Of a DNA stretch of 64,000 nucleotides, positions 60,182 through 64,000 are shown piece by piece. Within the stretch, counting starts at the first letter, position 1. Each line of letters begins with the position of its first letter. The stretch is from an uncultured Planctomycetota bacterium (GTDB lineage: Bacteria > Planctomycetota > Planctomycetia > Isosphaerales > Isosphaeraceae). The DNA lies in assembly GCA_963823665.1 (NCBI GenBank), contig CAWGMQ010000010.1, forward strand, positions 2,208,001 through 2,272,000, given 5' to 3'. The translations under genes were made by a program, and so were the position numbers. The notes under the pieces are model-generated. The model was not told the origin of the DNA. It searched no databases and worked only from the letters and a program-made list of their open reading frames with translations.

Positions 60182-61801
60182 GTGGTACATTTGTCAGGGG
60201 CAATCGCTGAGGCACATGCCGTGGACAGCAACCAATGGGGAGGCCCGATGGCGGGAAGTGTGGCCGAGACGGAAAGCCCGGCAGTCGAGCCGAGCGGCCT
60301 GCAGGTCAGCCTGGGCGGCTTGATGGTGCTGGTTCTGGCGGCCGGGGTGGCGGCGGGCGCTGCGAGAAGTGCACGCGAGGTTTGGGGCTTGCGGGTGTTG
60401 CCCCCTCCCTCGGGAGCGGCCGGTTCTCCGGTCGGGGGAGGCGCCCCGGTCCCGATCGAGAGGACGGCCGGCGTCGCCTTGGAAATCGTCGCGGTCTTCT
60501 TGCTCGTTGTACTGGCCCGCGCCCTGATCGGCTTGCTGCGAGGCAGCCGTTCGGCTGATCGCTCCGAGCGTCGAATTCGCTCGTGGGGCCTCGCCTGGCG
60601 CATTGGTGCGGCCTGCTTTCTCCTCTGGTACATTTCGGTGGAATCGCAGGTGCTGCGAATCGATTTCGTGCGAGAGCTCGAGATTTCCGCGATGGTTCCT
60701 GGGTGGGACTCCACGTATCGTGTGCATCAGCAGCTTCTCCCGGCCTGCGGCCTGTTTGCGATGCTCGGGCTGGTTCTGGGCAGCGGCGCCGGTTTCTTGC
60801 TGCCAGGCGCTCGGCGACGCAGTCGCCGGCCTTACTGGTTGTTCGTCGTCCTCGCGGGCGTGGCTGCGGTGTTGATCGTTGCGAACGACCGCACCGGATC
60901 GCTGATCGCTCATCTGGTCTTGATCGCGCTCGAGGCGGTCACCTACGCCATGCATCACGGGCCCGATCTCGGTCGAGGGCTCTGGACTCGTCTGCTTCAC
61001 GCCGGAAGTGACGCAGCAATCTGCGGCGGTGTTTGCCTGGCGCTCGCACTGGTGGTGGCGCGAGACTTCGAGATGCTCCGCCGCGGCAATCTCCCGGCGG
61101 CGAGCCGAACCGGCCGGTTGCTCCGCCTGCTGTTGCTCGCCGGTGCGGCGGGCGCAGGATTGTACGTCGCGGTCGTGACGATCCCCGCGATTCATCCCTG
61201 GTTTGCCACGGGTTTTCGTCAGGTACTGGGCCCTCTCGAGGTCGGCATGATCCTGAGCTGCTTCGGTCTATTCGGCGCGGGCATGACCGCGCGGGCACTC
61301 ATCGCCGCACCCGAGCACCAACCCTCACGGTGGCTGGGACGGCTCCGGGCTCTCTACAGGCTGTCGATCCTGGGCCTGATTCTGTTCGCCGTCTTGAACG
61401 TCTTGCCAGATTCCTCGCAGTTCCCGCCCTATGCGCCTCGCGTCGTCACCTCAGCCGTTGCCGTGATCAACGGAGCCGTCGCCCGCTTCTGGGATCAATT
61501 CCCCGACTCGTTAACCGCGAGCGCGCTGAGCATGCTCGCGATTGAAAACCTCCTGTGGACATCGCTGATTCTCACGATGATGTGTTTCGTGCTGGAGCTC
61601 CTGATTCGTGACAACTTGCAGCTAAACTCACCATTCGATCGCCTCGCGGAATCACCGAAGAGGGCAGGGCGATTCGCCTGGCTTGTCGCGGGTTTCGTCG
61701 TCGTGTGCGTAACGGCATTGCCCATTCTGATCGTCGCCGGCCAGGTTCTTGTGCTCGTGCGAGAGGTCGCGGGCAACATGCGGAACGGTTGGGGGAATTG
61801 A
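60182..61801 (+). CDS. Hypothetical multi-pass membrane protein
   Basis: About 12 hydrophobic segments. Likely start at ATG 60248 (..QVSLGGLMVLVLAAGV). Confidence 0.7.
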   Translation: MVHLSGAIAEAHAVDSNQWGGPMAGSVAETESPAVEPSGLQVSLGGLMVLVLAAGVAAGAARSAREVWGLRVLPPPSGAAGSPVGGGAPVPIERTAGVALEIVAVFLLVVLARALIGLLRGSRSADRSERRIRSWGLAWRIGAACFLLWYISVESQVLRIDFVRELEISAMVPGWDSTYRVHQQLLPACGLFAMLGLVLGSGAGFLLPGARRRSRRPYWLFVVLAGVAAVLIVANDRTGSLIAHLVLIALEAVTYAMHHGPDLGRGLWTRLLHAGSDAAICGGVCLALALVVARDFEMLRRGNLPAASRTGRLLRLLLLAGAAGAGLYVAVVTIPAIHPWFATGFRQVLGPLEVGMILSCFGLFGAGMTARALIAAPEHQPSRWLGRLRALYRLSILGLILFAVLNVLPDSSQFPPYAPRVVTSAVAVINGAVARFWDQFPDSLTASALSMLAIENLLWTSLILTMMCFVLELLIRDNLQLNSPFDRLAESPKRAGRFAWLVAGFVVVCVTALPILIVAGQVLVLVREVAGNMRNGWGN

Positions 61802-61968
61802 ACCTACACTCAGAAGAGATTGACCTTCTCACCCAGACCGCCTATGATCCCGCCTCGAGTAGGTCAGGCATTGGCCTGACGCATTTGGGAGAGACGTCAG
61901 GCTAGAACGAACCGCGAAAATACGTCAGGCTAAGGCCTGATCTACAGCGGACGGCACGGAGGCCGATC

Positions 61969-63636
61969 ATGCCCTTTGACGAAGCCGCCATCGAAGCCGT
62001 CGCTACTGCAACGACAGCCCCGGCCCGCTCGCGCCGGCGCCGTTTCGCAAGCGCGCTTCCAACTGCTGAGCGCGATCCAAGCCCGACGCACGCGCGCACG
62101 CTCTTCGCCTACCTCACAGCGCTCGGAGGCGGCATCGTCACCGCTTGCGCCTGGCTCATTCCCGAAACAGTCGCCGCCGCAGCGCTGGGTTGGATCGCGG
62201 CCATGCTCCTGGTTTATTCGCTGCGCCTGCGTGCGGCCTGCCTTCCGGTGTATCTTGGCGGAGCTGTCGGGCACGCGATTGCGTTTTACTGGGTGTTCCC
62301 GACCGTGGCCACGTTCGGCGGCTTCGGACTGATCATCTCGGGATTGATCTTCGCCGGCTTCGTCGTCACGGGAGCGCTGCTCTTCTTCGTTTTCTCATTC
62401 GTTCACCGCCATCTTCCCCCGTTCGTCGACCGATTCGCCCTGCGCGCACCGGTTTCCATCGCAATTGCCGAGCTGGTGACCCTCCGCTTGTTCCCCTGGC
62501 ACTTCGGGCACACGCAGATCGCGTTCCGTCCGTTCGTTCAGCTCGCCGGTCTGGGCGGGGCGATCCTGGTTTCGGTCGTGCTCTTCTGGGTCGCCGAGGC
62601 GGCGGTGCGGGCGATCGTTTTTCGCGAGCGCAGGAACGAGTTCCTGCTGCCGCTTCTGGCCTTCGGTCTCGCCCTCGGCTATGGCGCCGAAGTCACCGAT
62701 GCGCATGCGCACCGCCGCGATCCCGAGCAAGAGGTGATCGTGGTGCAGGGCAACGGATCACTCGACGAGATGAAAGAGCCTGCTTCAATTGAACGAGTGA
62801 TGAGGCGCACATTCGAGCTGACCACGCGAGCCACCAGGCCGGGGACCCTGATCGTCTGGCCCGAAGGTTCGATTCCCGCCTATCTGCCGGCCTATCTCGG
62901 GTCGGCCCGAAAGGATGCGTCCCTACCATGGTTGGGAGACGGTTCCGCCCTCCTGATCGGGGCTTACTCATTCACGGACGAAGAGCATCGTTATAACTCG
63001 GCGTTCGCGGTTTACCCCGACGGCACGGTCCCCAGGCCATACAACAAACAAATCCTCATTCCATTTGGCGAATATATACCCGGCGCCTCGATCTTCCCGT
63101 GGCTGAATCAGGCCAACGAGAACGCCGGGATCTTCACCGCCGGTACCGAGGTGAAGGTCTTCTCTTACCCCATGACGCGCACGAACGGCCAAGAATACCA
63201 GGCGAGAGCGGCCCCGCTGATCTGCTATGAAGACACGCTTCCCACTCTCGCACGGCAGGCGACCCGCAAGGGTGCGCAGCTCCTGGTAAACCTAACCTTT
63301 GACACGTGGTTCGGGAGCACCCATGCGCCCTATCAGCACCACTTGATCGCCGCATTTCGCGCCATCGAGAATCGGCGATACTTGATCCGTTGCACGAATT
63401 CCGGCTACACCGCCGTGGTCGACCCGACGGGCCGCACGATCGCCAGCATCCCAATGTTCACCGCGGGCACGCTCAAAACAAAGGTTCGCTTGATCGATGA
63501 AATGACGGTCTACACCGCGTATCTGGGTGAAACCCCATGGTGGCTGTTACTCGTCGTGGCGCTGGGCTTGATGGTGATGGAAGCGCGGAAACGGCGCCGT
63601 GCATCCTTGATCAGCCGCGTCCCCATGTCGACTTGA
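61969..63636 (+). CDS. lnt: Apolipoprotein N-acyltransferase
   Basis: N-terminal TM region; VQGN, IVWPEG, YNSA, YNKQILIPFGEYIP, LICYED, NLTFDTWFG, FRAIENRR..R.TNSGYTAVVDPTGR (E-K-C triad). Confidence 0.93.
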   Translation: MPFDEAAIEAVATATTAPARSRRRRFASALPTAERDPSPTHARTLFAYLTALGGGIVTACAWLIPETVAAAALGWIAAMLLVYSLRLRAACLPVYLGGAVGHAIAFYWVFPTVATFGGFGLIISGLIFAGFVVTGALLFFVFSFVHRHLPPFVDRFALRAPVSIAIAELVTLRLFPWHFGHTQIAFRPFVQLAGLGGAILVSVVLFWVAEAAVRAIVFRERRNEFLLPLLAFGLALGYGAEVTDAHAHRRDPEQEVIVVQGNGSLDEMKEPASIERVMRRTFELTTRATRPGTLIVWPEGSIPAYLPAYLGSARKDASLPWLGDGSALLIGAYSFTDEEHRYNSAFAVYPDGTVPRPYNKQILIPFGEYIPGASIFPWLNQANENAGIFTAGTEVKVFSYPMTRTNGQEYQARAAPLICYEDTLPTLARQATRKGAQLLVNLTFDTWFGSTHAPYQHHLIAAFRAIENRRYLIRCTNSGYTAVVDPTGRTIASIPMFTAGTLKTKVRLIDEMTVYTAYLGETPWWLLLVVALGLMVMEARKRRRASLISRVPMST

Positions 63637-64000
63637 GCCGCATGACCGACCAGTACGAGAGAAGCGCAGCGATCACCGAGTTGACGGCCGCCAGCGTGGC
63701 CGCTATTCCCAGCGGCGGCACGATTCGGGCCGAATGAGAGGACCCGGTCATGACCTCGCCCGTCAGCATGAACTTGAAGTCGCGATAGGATGCGAGCGCC
63801 AGCCAGAACTGATACGGCCATGTCGTGAAAATCGCGTACACGAAGAGCGCGGCCGCGGTCAGGAACAGTGCGCGCGTGGAGTTGGCGGCGAGCGTCGAGG
63901 CAAGAACGCCGATCGCCGCCGTGAGCCAGGCGGAAGTGGCGAGAATCGCGACGCCGGCAACAAGGCCGATCGGATGAATTGCACCCAGCACGAGGCCGGC
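63611..64000 (-). CDS. C-terminal part of an ABC-2-type permease-like membrane protein (partial)
   Basis: Open frame from the window edge with hydrophobic helices, LGAIHPIG..AAIGVLASTLAANSTRAL. The family call rests on resemblance only. Confidence 0.55.
   Translation of the reverse strand, partial: AGLVLGAIHPIGLVAGVAILATSAWLTAAIGVLASTLAANSTRALFLTAAALFVYAIFTTWPYQFWLALASYRDFKFMLTGEVMTGSSHSARIVPPLGIAATLAAVNSVIAALLSYWSVMRLKSTWGRG

Noticed and set aside
60040..60714. N-terminal 225 aa of ORF 58909..60714
   Set aside because: Antisense to the 60182..61801 membrane protein; the real protein begins at ATG 60039 with a signal-like segment.

Overview
High-GC bacterial DNA that looks like a planctomycete (inferred from a LExRxxLA-type N-terminal export motif, a PEP-CTERM protein, a PVC-type CxxCH heme protein and an ECF sigma/Ser-Thr kinase pair). 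One giant minus-strand gene (about 15377-50998) dominates the window. The ORF track splits it into five pieces, but they rejoin with four single-base indels into a roughly 11,870-aa surface protein. Its parts, in order: export motif, LamG, Ig/PPC scaffold units, about 2.9 near-identical 2838-bp repeats (each with a plugged-in FG-GAP propeller and a circularly permuted LamG), CARDB array, putative-Ig array, a short RHS-like module, a dockerin, a beta-propeller, a full YD/RHS shell with DPSGL cleavage motif, and a 185-aa Gly-rich hydrophobic tip with no visible immunity gene. A PEP-CTERM gene follows it. Divergently upstream lie an ECF sigma factor with a deviant QTGD motif, a non-RD Ser/Thr kinase-TPR protein, a decayed CHAT protease remnant and a VapBC-type toxin-antitoxin pair. 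The rest of the window holds ordinary envelope and redox genes: a TPR/SPINDLY-like protein, GT2, a heme/ThuA protein, YtrA-like GntR plus SPFH with a clear promoter/operator, a redoxin-cytochrome c-Cu-monooxygenase-CBM fusion, lnt and an ABC permease. About nine single-base frameshifts across unrelated genes suggest an error-prone assembly. I saw no rRNA, tRNA, CRISPR array or intact transposase.
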